Shown here piece after piece: positions 24,160 through 35,420 of a DNA stretch of 64,000 bases. This DNA comes from Heterodontus francisci (lineage: Eukaryota). The notes under the pieces were generated by a model that did no database searches, was not told the origin of the DNA, and worked only from the letters and a program-made list of their open reading frames with translations. The DNA lies in contig NC_090404.1 in assembly GCF_036365525.1 (NCBI RefSeq), positions 12,118,550 to 12,182,549 on the forward strand. The letters run 5' to 3'. Numbering within the stretch: the stretch's first letter is position 1; each line of letters starts with the position of its first letter. Both the position numbers and the translations under genes were made by a program.

Positions 24160-25228
24160 AGTTATTGTACGAGGCTGTAGCTCGTTCCCATCACTGAGAG
24201 ACTCAGTGCACAGTAACAGCCCGCGGTGTCAGACGGCCGCAGCTCCGAGATGGTCAATCGGTACAACTTGTCTGAATGCTGGACTGTATCAGAAAATTGG
24301 TTGTGAGCGAAATCCACCTCAAATTCAGCGCGGCTCTTGTCCCTCCGGACTGAAAACTCGGGCTGTCTGCCTGGGTGTTGTTGGTACCAGAATAAGTAAT
24401 AACCATCGTCGGGACAGATGCAGGTTAAAGTGACATCTTCTCCCTCTGTCTGTGTGAGCGAGGACTCCCGCTGACTGACAGAATCTCCATCTCTCAGATC
24501 TGGAACACACGGTTAAAGAAAGGGGAAATCACCGATTAAAAGTTCAAAATAGACCGAACTGACGGTGAAAATTCTGTTAGTGTTTCATAAATTTAAATAG
24601 AATTTAAAGCATAGGTCATTCGGCCCAACTGGTCCATGCCAGGGTTCCCACTCCCCACGAGCATCCTCCACCCCTCTTCATCTCACTCTAATAGCATATC
24701 CTTCCACCCCTTTCTCTCTCATCTGTTTATCTAGCTTCCCCTAAAATACATCTCTGCTATTCACCATTCTCTGGATGAAGAATTTTGAATTCCCGAGTGG
24801 ATCTTTTGGCGATTCTAATATTTATGACCCATTGTTTTGGTATCCTCTTCAAGTGGAAACATCTTCTCCAGTTCTACCTATTGAATACCTTGATAATTTT
24901 AAAGACATCTATCAGATTGCCCTCAGTCATCTCTTTACGAGAGGAAAGAGCCTCAGCTGGTATAGTGTTTTCTGATAGCTATTATTTCTCAATTCTGGCA
25001 TCATCCTTGTGAATCGTTTTTTGCATTTTTTCCCTACATCCTTGTTGTCATATGGCGACCAGAGCTGCTCACAATACTCCAATTGTGGTCTGACCAAGTT
25101 CGACACAATTTACCATGAACTCTGTTTTTTCAAATTTATTTCTGTCGAAATTAATCCCTTTTTAAAGTTTGGAATTTCTTATCGACAACGAATGTCACCC
25201 AGAGCCCAGCGAGAAGAGGGAGCCGTAT
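24160..25228 (-). pseudogene. TRAV/TRDV: TCR alpha/delta V pseudogene: open V exon (24199-24499), dead leader (25183-25228), mutated RSS (24160-24198)
   Basis: V exon: DLRDGDSVSQRESSLTQTEGEDVTLTCICPDDGYYLFWYQQHPGRQPEFSVRRDKSRAEFEVDFAHNQFSDTVQHSDKLYRLTISELRPSDTAGCYCALS. RSS is CTCAGTG-23-ACAATAACT, so the CAC is lost. The leader reads (ATA)RLPLLAGLWVTFVV and has an AT donor instead of GT. A CR1 fragment sits in the intron at about 24595-25140. Confidence 0.9.
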
Positions 25229-25299
25229 TGCTGCTGCTGCGGAATTCGAGGGACTTTCGACCTCTCAGAAATCTGGAGAACATGAAAAGAGCTGAGGCT

Positions 25300-25378
25300 G
25301 GTCTGACGTCACTTCCTGAAGAGCCTCAAATGGAGAAAGCTGAGAGTATTGACTCTGACTGGTCTGATGTCACTTCTT
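25300..25378 (-). promoter_or_regulatory. Tandem TCR-V decamer/CRE elements with an Ets site
   Basis: Minus strand reads GGAAGTGACGTCA (CRE at 25304-25311) and GAAGTGACATCA (TGACATCA at 25365-25372), about 75-145 bp upstream of the dead leader. Confidence 0.7.
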
Positions 25379-25688
25379 TAACCACAAGTCCTTGTTTATT
25401 TTAGAGAACTGAGACAGTAAATTCGCATTCTGCTCATCAGAGAGAAAGATTAATAAACGTGAACAGATGGATCTCTAGTTGACCAGAGACAGAATGATCT
25501 CGAATTGATCTGAGAGGAGCTTGATGTTTAGTTGATCTGAGAGACAGTTTGATCTCCAATTGATCAGAGAGAAAGTTTTGTCTTTGCTTGACCTGAGGGA
25601 AGCCCTGTCAAGAAACAAAGACTGGTGTTGAATGCAGATAAAGATGTTCAGTTTATTTCACTATCACTAATCAGACCTATCTTCAGAC

Positions 25689-28548
25689 TTCAACGCAAGA
25701 AGCATCAGGAATAAGGTGAGTGAATTGAAGGCGTGGATGGGCACTTGGGACTACGATGTTGTGGCCATCACTGAAACGTGGATAGGTGAGGGGGAGGAAT
25801 GGTTCTTGGAGGTACCTGGTTATAGATGTTTTCATAAGATTAGGAATGGTGGTAAAAGAGGTGGGGGGGTGGCATTGTTAGTTAGAAATAGTGTAACAAC
25901 TGCTGAAAGAATTTTCGAGGAGGATCTGCCGACTGAGGCACTGTGGGTTGAGGTCAGGAACAGGAAAGGAGCAGTCACCTTGATGGGAGTTTTCTATCGG
26001 CCCCCCAATAGCAGCAGGGAGGTGGAAGAGCAGATTGGGAAACAGATTTTGGAAAGGAGTAGAAGTCACAAGGTAGTAATTATGGGGGATTTCAACTTCC
26101 CAAATATTGATTGGCAACTCTTTAGATCGAATAGTTTGGATGGGGTAGTGTTTGTGCAGTATGTCCAGGAAGCTTTTCTGACTCAGTATGTAGACTGCCC
26201 GACCAGAGGGGAGGCAATATTGGATTTGGTACTAGGTAATGAACCAGGGCAAGTGATAGAGCTGTTGGTGGGCGAGCACTTTGGAGATAGTGATCACAAT
26301 TCTGTAGCATTCACTGTGGTAATGGAGAGGGATAGGTATGTGCAACAGGGCAAGGTTTACAATTGGGGGAAGGGTAGATATGATGCTGTCAGGCAGGAAC
26401 TGAGGAGCATAAGTTGGGAGCATATGCTGGCAGGGAAGGGCACGGTCGAAATGTGGAACTTTTTCAAGGAGCAGATAGTAGGGGCCATTGATAAGCATGT
26501 CCCTGTCAGACAGGGAAGGGATGGTCATGTGAGGGAACCGTGGTTGACAAGAGAGGTTGAGAGTCTTGTTAGGAAGAAGAAGGATGCGTATATAAGGTTG
26601 AGGAAAAAGGGCACAGGCATAGCTCTGGAGGGATACAAGATGGCCAGGAAGGATCTGAAGAAAGGGATTAGGAGAGCTAAGAGAGGGCATGAAAAATGCT
26701 TGGCGGGTAGGATAAAAGAAAACCCCAAGGCCTTTTACGCGTATGTCAGAAATATGAGGATGACTAGGGGGACCGTAGGTCCGGTCAAGGACAATAGCGG
26801 GAGACTGTGTGTTGAGCCGGAAGAGATAAGTGAGGTTTTGAATGAGTACTTCTCTTCGGTATTTACGAATGAGAAGGGGTGTATTACTGAAGAGGACGGT
26901 GTGAAACAGACTGGTAAGCTCGAGGAAGTGCTCGTTAGGAGGGAAGATGTGTTGGGGTTTTTGAATAACTTGAAGATAGACAAGTCTCCCGGGCCTGACG
27001 GGGTATATCCAAGGATGTTATGGGAAGCAAGGGATGAAATTGCAGAGCCGCTGGCAATGATCTTTTCATCTTCTCTGTTGACGGGGGTGGTACCAGGTGA
27101 TTGGAGGGTGGCAAATGTTGTGCCCCTGTTCAAGAAAGGGAATAGGAACAACCCTGGGAATTACAGGCCAGTTAGTCTTACTTCGGTGGTAGGCAAGTTG
27201 ATGGAAAAGGTGCTGAGGGATAGGATTTCTGAGTATCTGGAAAGACACTGCTTGATTCGGGACAGTCAGCACGGTTTTGTGAGGGGTAGGTCTTGCCTCA
27301 CAAGCCTGATTGAATTCTTTGAGCAGGTGACCAAGCAAGTGGATGAGGGTAAACCAGTGGATGTGGTGTACATGGATTTTAGTAAGGCATTTGATAAGGT
27401 CCCCCATGGTAGACTTATGGAGAAAGTCAGGAGGCATGGGATAGTGGGGAATGTGGCCAGTTGGATTAAGAATTGGCTAACTGATAGAAGGCAGAGAGTG
27501 GTCTTAGATGGTAAATACTCAGCCTGGAGCCCAGTTACCAGTGGCGTGCCACAGGGATCAGTTCTGGGTCCTCTGCTGTTTGTGATTTTTATTAACGACT
27601 TGGATGAGGAAGTCGAAGGGTGGGTCAGTAAATTTGCAGATGATACAAAGGTTGGTGGAGTTGTGGATACCGAGGAGGGCTATTGTCGTCTGCAAAGGGA
27701 CTTGGATAGGTTGCAGTGCTGGGCTGAAAAGTGGCAGATGGAGTTTAACCCTGAAAAGTGTGAGGTCGTCCATTTTGGAAGGACAAACACGAATGCAAAA
27801 TACTGGGTTAACGGTAGGGTTCTTGGGCATGTGGAGGAGCAGAGAGACCTTGGGGTCTATGTGCATAGATCGTTGAAAGTTGCAACTCAAGTGGATAGGG
27901 CTGTGAAGAAGGCATATGGGGTGTTAGCGTTCATTAGCAGAGGGATTGAATTTAAGAGCCGTGAGGTGATGATGCAGCTGTACAGGACCTTGGTAAGGCC
28001 TCATTTGGAGTACTGTGTGCAGTTCTGGTCGCCTCATTTTAGGAAGGATGTGGAAGCCTTGGAGAGGGTGCAGAGGAGATTTACCAGGATGTTGCCTGGA
28101 ATGGAGAATAAGTCTTACGAGGAAAGGCTGAACATTCTAGGCCTCTTCTCATTAGAACGGAGAAGGATGAGGGGTGACATGATAGAGGTTTATAAGATGA
28201 TCAGGGGAATAGATAGGGTAGACAGTCAGAAACTTTTTCCCCGGGTGGAGCAAAGCGTTACAAGGGGTCATAAATTTAAAGTGAAGGGTGGGAGATATAA
28301 GGGGGATGTCAGGGGAAGGTTCTTTACCCAGAGAGTGGTCGGGGCATGGAATGCCTTGCCTGGGGAAGTTGTTGAGTCAGAAACTTTAGGGACTTTCAAA
28401 CGGCTTTTAGATAGGTATATGGATAAAGGAGAATGATGGGGTATAGATTAAATTGTCCTTGACAGAGGACAAAGGATCGGCACAACATCGTGGGCCGAAG
28501 GGCCTGTTCTGTGCTGTATTTTTCTATGTTCTATGTTCTATGTTCTAT
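25689..28548 (+). mobile_element. CR1-clade LINE (HER1-like), 5'-truncated at the start of ORF2, young copy
   Basis: Begins at FNARSIRNK and carries an uninterrupted ORF2. The 3' end is gtgggccgaagggcctgttctgtgctgta followed by a (ttctatg)n tail. Confidence 0.95.
25716..28436 (+). CDS. LINE ORF2: APE endonuclease and reverse transcriptase
   Basis: 906 aa with ITETW, GDFN, LDLVL and SDH (endonuclease) and [19 protein letters not shown] and FADD (RT). No stops. Confidence 0.95.
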   Translation: MSELKAWMGTWDYDVVAITETWIGEGEEWFLEVPGYRCFHKIRNGGKRGGGVALLVRNSVTTAERIFEEDLPTEALWVEVRNRKGAVTLMGVFYRPPNSSREVEEQIGKQILERSRSHKVVIMGDFNFPNIDWQLFRSNSLDGVVFVQYVQEAFLTQYVDCPTRGEAILDLVLGNEPGQVIELLVGEHFGDSDHNSVAFTVVMERDRYVQQGKVYNWGKGRYDAVRQELRSISWEHMLAGKGTVEMWNFFKEQIVGAIDKHVPVRQGRDGHVREPWLTREVESLVRKKKDAYIRLRKKGTGIALEGYKMARKDLKKGIRRAKRGHEKCLAGRIKENPKAFYAYVRNMRMTRGTVGPVKDNSGRLCVEPEEISEVLNEYFSSVFTNEKGCITEEDGVKQTGKLEEVLVRREDVLGFLNNLKIDKSPGPDGVYPRMLWEARDEIAEPLAMIFSSSLLTGVVPGDWRVANVVPLFKKGNRNNPGNYRPVSLTSVVGKLMEKVLRDRISEYLERHCLIRDSQHGFVRGRSCLTSLIEFFEQVTKQVDEGKPVDVVYMDFSKAFDKVPHGRLMEKVRRHGIVGNVASWIKNWLTDRRQRVVLDGKYSAWSPVTSGVPQGSVLGPLLFVIFINDLDEEVEGWVSKFADDTKVGGVVDTEEGYCRLQRDLDRLQCWAEKWQMEFNPEKCEVVHFGRTNTNAKYWVNGRVLGHVEEQRDLGVYVHRSLKVATQVDRAVKKAYGVLAFISRGIEFKSREVMMQLYRTLVRPHLEYCVQFWSPHFRKDVEALERVQRRFTRMLPGMENKSYEERLNILGLFSLERRRMRGDMIEVYKMIRGIDRVDSQKLFPRVEQSVTRGHKFKVKGGRYKGDVRGRFFTQRVVGAWNALPGEVVESETLGTFKRLLDRYMDKGE

Positions 28549-28610
28549 CTGGTTGACGGGGATCGGGTTTGTTTACTCCTCTGCTGAAAACACACAAGGA
28601 GGTAGATTTC

Positions 28611-30422
28611 AAAGAACAAAGAACAAAGAACAGTACAGCACAGGAACAGGCCATTCGGCCCTCCAAGCCTGCGCCGATCTTGATGCCTGCCTAAACTAAC
28701 ACCATCTGCACTTTCGGGGCCCATATCCCTCCATTCCCTTCCTATTCATATATTTTTCAAGATGTCTCTTAAACGTCACTACCGTATCTGCTTCCACCAC
28801 CTCCCCTGGCAGCAAGTTCCAGGCACTCACCACCTTCTGTGTAAAAAACTAGCCTCGCACATCCCCTCTAAACTTTGCCCCTCGCACCTTTTAGCTATGT
28901 CCCCTAGTAACTGACTCCTCCACCCTGGGAAAAAGCTTCTGACTATCCACTCTGTCCATGCCGCTCATAAATTTGTAAACCTCTATCATGTCGCCCCTCC
29001 ACCTCCGTCGTTCCAGTGAAAACAATCCGAGTTTATCCAACCTCTCCTCATAGCTAATGCCCTCCAGACCAGGCAACATCCTGATAAACCTCCTCTGCAC
29101 CCTCTCCAAAGCCTCCACGTCCTTCTGGTAGTGTGGCGACCAGAATTGCACGCAATATTCTAAGTGTGGCCTAACTAAGGTTCTGTACAGCTGCAACATG
29201 ACTTGCCAATTTTTATACTCTATGCCCCGACCGATGAACGCAAGCATGCCGTATGCCTTCTTGACTACTTTATCCACCTGCGTTGCCACTTTCAGTGACC
29301 TGTGGACCTGTATGCCCAGATCTCTCTGCCTGTCAATTCTCCTAAGGGTTCTGCCATTTACTGTATACCTTCCACCTGCATTAGACCTTCCAAAATGCAT
29401 TACCTCACATTTGTCCGGATTAAACTCCATCTGCCATTTCTCCGCCCAAGTCTCCAACCGCTCTATATCCTGCTGTATCCTCTGACAATCCTCATCATTA
29501 TCCGCAACTCCACCAACCTCTGTGTCATCCGCAAACTTACTAATCAGACCAGCTACATTTTCCTCCAAATCATTTATATATATTACAAAGAGTAAAGGTC
29601 CCAGCGTTGATCCCTGCGGAACACCACTAGTCACATCCCTCCATTCAGAAAAACACCCATCTACTGTTACCCTCTGTCTTTTGTGACTGAGCCAGTTCTG
29701 TATCCATCTTGCCAGCTCACCTCTGATCCCGTGTGACTTCACCTTTTGCACCGGTCTGCCATGCGGGACCTTGTCAAAGGCTTTACTAAAGTCCATATGG
29801 ACAACATCCACCTCATCAATCATCTTCGTCAATTCCTCAAAAAACGCAATTAAATTAGTAAGACACGACCTCCCCTTCACAAAACCATGCTGTCTCCCGC
29901 TAATAAGTTCGTTCGTTTCCAAATGGGAGTAAATCCTGTCCCGAAGAATCCTCTCTAATAGTTTCCCGACCACTGACGTAAGGCTCACCGGCATATAATT
30001 TCCTGAATTATCCTTATCACCCTTCTTAAACAAAGGAACAACATTGGCTATTCTCCAGTCCTCGGGGACCTCACCTATAGCCAATGAGGATGCAAAGATT
30101 TCTGTCAAGGCCCCAGCAATTTCTTCCCTTGCCTCCTTCAGTATTCTGGGGTAGATCCCATCAGGCCCTGGGGACTTATCTACCTTAATGCTTTGCAAGA
30201 CACCCAACACCTCCTCCTTTTTGATAATGAGATGACTAAGACTATCTGCACTCCCTTCCCTAGGCTCATCATCCACCAAGTCCTCCTCCTTGGTGAATAC
30301 GGATGCAAAGTACTCATTTAGCACCTCACCCATTTCCTCTGGCTCCACGCATAGATTCCCATCTCTGTCCTTGAGTGGGCCAACCCTTTCCCTGGTTACC
30401 CTGTTGCTCTTTATATATGTAT
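28611..30422 (-). mobile_element. 5'-truncated CR1 LINE with an open RT region
   Basis: ORF 28891-30477 contains DFSKAFDKV, GVPQGS and FADD. It has a (gttcttt)n tail and lies tail-to-tail with the preceding LINE. Confidence 0.92.
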
Positions 30423-30709
30423 ATTTCCTCTGGTGTCTCTGTGATCGTGACATATCAAACAGAACAGGAAAATGCATGGACAGTGAACTGGAGAAACTTG
30501 CAATTTAACCCCCATTACCCGCTATGTTGGCCTGGTTTTCGCCTGTCGATTCCTCATTATAGAGTGAATGAAATCTGAAATCTGACTCCTCCATTCAGAG
30601 CTAATGGGAGCTGCCTTGCGGGAACATTCTGTCCGGAGAATAACCTACCTGTTCAGAGTATCACAGAGCCGGCAGCCACACACTGTTCAAGTTACACACA
30701 GTGTGCTGA

Positions 30710-31192
30710 AGTTTTTGTACAGGGTGCACACGGAACTGTGTAGCTGTGTGTCTCAGGGGACAGTAATATACGGCGCTGTCTGACAGCTCCGCCGCAGAAA
30801 CAGTCAGCTGAACCGTACTCTCTTCTGTGCTCAACTCTGCTGTAAAACGGTCCTTGGCGAAGTCGACTGGAAGGTATCATATTGGGTGATAAGCAACACG
30901 TTTCCCGGAGCCCGACCGGGAAGCTGCCAGTACCAGAAAAGATAAGGGTTTGTACTTGTTGTTTCAAAACTTCAATTCAGCATCACCGCTCCTTCTTCCC
31001 GCACTGTCTTGGTCGAATAGCCCTGATGAACCGAATCGCCGCCAACGCTGCCGGCTGAAAGAGAAATTAAACATGAACAACTAACCGCCTCAATAACCAG
31101 ACCTGTTAGTGTTTATTTATACACAGATTCTGCATGTACTTACACAGCACAGAGAGGGCCCAAACCAGGCTGGAATAAATAAGGAAACACAT
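30710..31192 (-). pseudogene. TRAV/TRDV: TCR alpha/delta V pseudogene (leader 31144-31192, V exon 30749-31054, 23-RSS 30710-30748)
   Basis: Leader MCFLIYSSLVWALSVL followed by gtaagt. V exon: SGSVGGDSVHQGYSTKTVREEGAVMLN*SFETTSTNPYLFWYWQLPGRAPGNVLLITQYDTFQ/DFAKDRFTAELSTEESTVQLTVSAAELSDSAVYYCPLR. The first Cys codon is TGA (30972-74) and there is a 1-nt frameshift near 30866. RSS is CACAGCT-23-ACAAAAACT. Confidence 0.9.
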
Positions 31193-32290
31193 CACTGTCC
31201 ACTTGTCGAATGAGAGCAGCGACACTTTCTCTCCAGTGGCAAAAACTGCCACCCACACCGGAACAGGCTGATCTATTTTATCCTGTGACAGGGATAGAAA
31301 GGAAACTGACTCTGCAGTCATGTCATATCCGTTATTGACAATGTCACATCATCAGGGAACAGGAAGAATTGTTGCGGTCGCTGTTTGTGCAGCAACATCA
31401 GAAATGTTTCATTGAAGAGTCCTCTGGACAGTATTTCCAGCGAAATTGTAAACTTTGTTTTTACTTGTTCAACCATTTAATCGCAAAGAATGTATTTAAG
31501 GTCAGCTTCGAGAGAGGTCAGAGGAAACCATCGCGGAACTATTTACGATTCACTGTATTCAATGAACAGGGCAATTATCCCACTCAGTTCGTTATTCAGT
31601 TCATTTGCATGTACCTGTGGTATTTTACATGGACAGTACGGAGCTGCCATTAGCGTTAACGGGGGACAGGACATGATTTTAATCACTGAACACAACCGAG
31701 AGTCGGTGGAAAATCGTTCCAGAGCCACAATTGGCCAAAGACTGAATGATGCCAGTTTTCCTGGGTCGATGGCGCCCCCTAGTCTCTCTTTAATTCCCCA
31801 TTTCATAGAATCCTGCGGCAATGGAGGAGGCCATTCGGTCCATCGTGTACGTGCTGGCATTTGATTATTGCCACTGCTCTGCTCTTCCCCCAGTGGCCTG
31901 TAAATTTATCCTTTTCAAGTATATATTTAATTAATTTCTGTGAATTCCTATTTGGACAGGAAGGGCGTGAACTGCACAAGAATTGTGATAATAGAGAGAG
32001 TTTAGTCCTCGGGAATTGCTCGGTGTTCGGAATGCATGTGCGCCCATCTGTGTGGTGATCTATCTCAATTATATATACTGTGTGTGTACATGTGTGTGTG
32101 CGCAGTTAAACAGGATATAGTTATTTTAATAAATGAATAATTGACAGAAAGATGGAGACTGTAAAGTATTAAGCTTATAATATTGGAAGATGGTTGCAAA
32201 CAATGACCGGCTGAAGGTTTTCCTGGTAACCTCACCTCACGTGGGCTGTTTAATGTCGAGCGAACATTCCCGCCTCGGTTATGTTGTGAA

Positions 32291-32393
32291 GTGCTTGTGC
32301 TAGTGATCATCAGCAGATTATTGATGAAGAGAGGGACACAGGTGCTTGTGCTAGTGATCATCAGCAGATTACTGGTGAAGAGAGGGACACAGG
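32291..32393 (+). repeat. 51-bp tandem duplication
   Basis: gtgcttgtgctagtgatcatcagcagatta.tg.tgaagagagggacacag occurs twice. Confidence 0.85.
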
Positions 32394-32924
32394 TACCTCG
32401 CCACTTCCTCACCACAGGCTCGTTAGCTGTTACCATCCAGCTCCAGTGCAGTGAACTCCTCCCTGGGACGGATCAGGGTCAGACACTGAACACACTGCAC
32501 CCCACCAGGGACATCACAAACTGCCCCCTCCCTGGTTTCGTCATTGCTGGAGGGATTGAAGCCGGAATATTGGAACAGGATTGGCCATTCAGCCCCTTCG
32601 AGCCTGATGAAACATTCTATTAGATCATGGCTGATCTGCACCTCAGTTCCATTTTCCCGCCTTTGATCCATTTCCTTTGATATCTTTACCTACAAGAATC
32701 TATTGCTTCGTGTCTTGAGAATGTGCAGGGTTACAGGGGGAAGGTGGGGGAATGGCATTAGGTGAATTGCTCTTTCGGAGAGCCAGTGCAGACAGGATGG
32801 GCCGAACGTCCTCCTTCTGCGCTGGAACAATTCTGTGATTCTGATTCGGCGATTTTAACCAAATTGACATCAAGATCTGACAGAAGCTCTCGATTCATTA
32901 GAACATGATTATTATCATTTTTTG

Positions 32925-33732
32925 AATGTGGAAGGAGAAATGTTTGTCTCTTCTGTCTGTCGGAAACAATTTCAAACATCAATGTGACTGGAAAAGCACC
33001 GAGACACACACACCCGAGTGGGAGTGTTCCAGTGCACTGACTGTGGAAAGAGCTTTAACCAGTTACACAGCCTGAAAAACCATCATTCCATTCACATCGG
33101 GGAGAAACCGTACACGTGTTCTGTGTGTGGCTGAGGCTTTAACTGATCATCCGATCTAGAGAGACAGAAGGACACCCACTCCACGGCGAAACCGTGGACA
33201 TTTGGAGACTGTAGGAGGGGATTCAAGTGTGAGAGGCTGTTCCGCTGCTCCATTTGTGGGAACCAATTCACTCAGTCATCCAACCTCCATACACATCAGC
33301 GTGTTCAAACTGGAGAGCATCCGTTCACCTGTATTGAATGTGGGAAGGTATTAAATGTTTTATCGCACCTTCTGTCGCACCAGCGAGTTCACTCTGATAA
33401 GAGACCGTTTAAATTTTTTGACTGTGAAAAGAGCTTTAAGAACAAAAGTCAACTGCTAAGACACCAGCAGCTTCACACTGGGGAGAGGCCGTTCACCTGC
33501 TCCGTGTGTGGAGACAGATTCACTTGATGCAGCAACCTCGCTTTACATCAACTTGTCCATACCGAGCAGAAACCGTTTAAATGTTCCAACTGTGAAATGA
33601 GCTTTAAAAGCGCAAGTGATTTGCTGAAAAGCCAGTGAGTTCATATTGGGGAGAGGCCGTTCACTTACTCAGTGCGTGGAAAGGGATTTAATCGATCAGC
33701 CAACCTGATGAGATACCAAAAAGTTCACAACT
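32925..33732 (+). pseudogene. C2H2 zinc-finger array pseudogene (roughly 9-10 degenerate fingers)
   Basis: Repeated C-x2-C-GK.F...L..HQ..H-TGE(K/R)PF units (e.g. cacactggggagaggccgttcacctgctccgtgtgtgg) with several stops and frameshifts. Confidence 0.85.
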
Positions 33733-34084
33733 TTAAAAGTGACTGCAGGGATTCACATCCAGTTAATCAGATCTAGGACTGACCCATGTTTATTCTGACT
33801 GCCGGGCTTCATATCTGCTGATATTAATAATATTTATAACTGGGATGGAATTTGATATTCTGGCGATGTCTTTACTTTACTTTGTAACCATTACTCTTGA
33901 AATAAAGTATCTCCCTTCAGGCTATGCTCAAGGTTTAGTGGGATGAAACCAAACAGTGATTTACATCCACATTTTTCAATTTATTATGTTGTATTTGATG
34001 CTCCCGATGCGGTCTGCTCCACACTGGGCAGACCGAACACAGACTGAGTGTTCGTTTTGTAGAACACCTCTGTTCAGATTATCA

Positions 34085-35320
34085 AGTATAGTAATATCAA
34101 GCGGCTCTTGCTTATCAATAACCTGCTCAGTGAAGCTCAGTTTGGGTTCCGCCAGGGTCACTCAGCTCCTGACCTCATGACGGCCTTGGTTCAAACATGG
34201 ACAAAGGAGCTGAACTCAACAGGTGGGGTGAGAGTGAATGCCTGTGACATCAAGGCAGCATTTGACCGAGTGCGGCATCAAGGAGCCCCAGCAAAACTGG
34301 AGTCAATGGGAATCAGGGGAAAGCGCTCCACTGGTTGGAGTCATACCTAGCACAAAGAAATATGGTTGTTGTTGTTGGAGGTCAATCATCTCAGCTTTTG
34401 GATCTCACTGCAGGAGTTCCTCAGGGTAGTGTCCGAGGCCAGAACCATCTTCAGCTGCTTCATCAATGACCGTCCTTCAATTATAAGGTCAGAAGTGGGG
34501 ATGTTCGTTGATGATTTTACGATGTTCAGCACCATTCGCGACTCCTCTGATACTGAAGCAGTCTGTGTAGAAATGTAGCAAGACCTGGACAATATCCAGG
34601 CTTGGGCTGACAAGTGGCAAGTAATATTCGCGTCACACAAATGCCAGGAAATGACCATCTCCAACAAGAGTCAATCTAACCATTCCCCCTTGACACTTGA
34701 TGGCATTACGATCGCTGAATCCCCTACTAACAACATCCTAGGGGTTACCATTGACCAGTAACTGAACTGGAGTAGCCATATAAATACCATGGCTACAAGA
34801 ACAGGTCAGAGACTAGGAATCCTGCGGTGAATAACTCACCTCCTGAGTCCCCAAAGCCCGTCCACCAAGGCACAAGTCAGGAGTATGATGGACTACTCTC
34901 CACCTGCCTGGATGGGTGCAGCTCCAACAACACTCAAGAAGCTGGACAGCATCCAAGACAAAGCAGCCGGCTTAATTGACACCACATCCACAAACATTCA
35001 CTCCCTCCACCACCAACGCACAGTGGCAGCAGTGTGTACCATCTACAAGATGCACTGCAGCAATGCACCAAGGCTCCGTAGACATCACCTTCCAAACACG
35101 CGACCTTCACCACCTAGAAGGACAAGGGCAACAGATGCATGGGAACAGCACCACCTGCAAGTTTCCGTCCAAGCCACTCACTAACCTGACTTGGAACTAT
35201 ATCAACCTTTCTTCACTATCGTTGGGTCGAAATCCAGGAGCTCCCTCCCGAACAACACTGTGGGTGTACCTACCCCACATAGACTGCAGAGGTTCAAGAA
35301 GGCGGCACACCACCACCTCC
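34085..35320 (+). mobile_element. LINE RT fragment (CR1/L2 clade, second family)
   Basis: QFGFRQGHSAPDL, DIKAAFDRV and MFVDD motifs. Its 3' region matches the fragments at 3400-3660, 35545-35980 (-) and 39305-39745 (-). Confidence 0.85.
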
Positions 35321-35322
35321 TC

Positions 35323-35420
35323 TGATGAAAGGTCACAGACCTGAAACGTTTACTCTACTTCCCTCTCCACAGATGTTGCATGACCTGCTGAGTATTTCTC
35401 GCACTTTCTGTTTTTATTTA
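35323..35420 (+). mobile_element. PLE terminal fragment with a canonical hammerhead core
   Basis: CTGATGA-A-AGGTC(ACA)GACCT-GAAACGTT, then ctctccacagatg.tgc.tgacctgctgagtattt. Confidence 0.65.
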
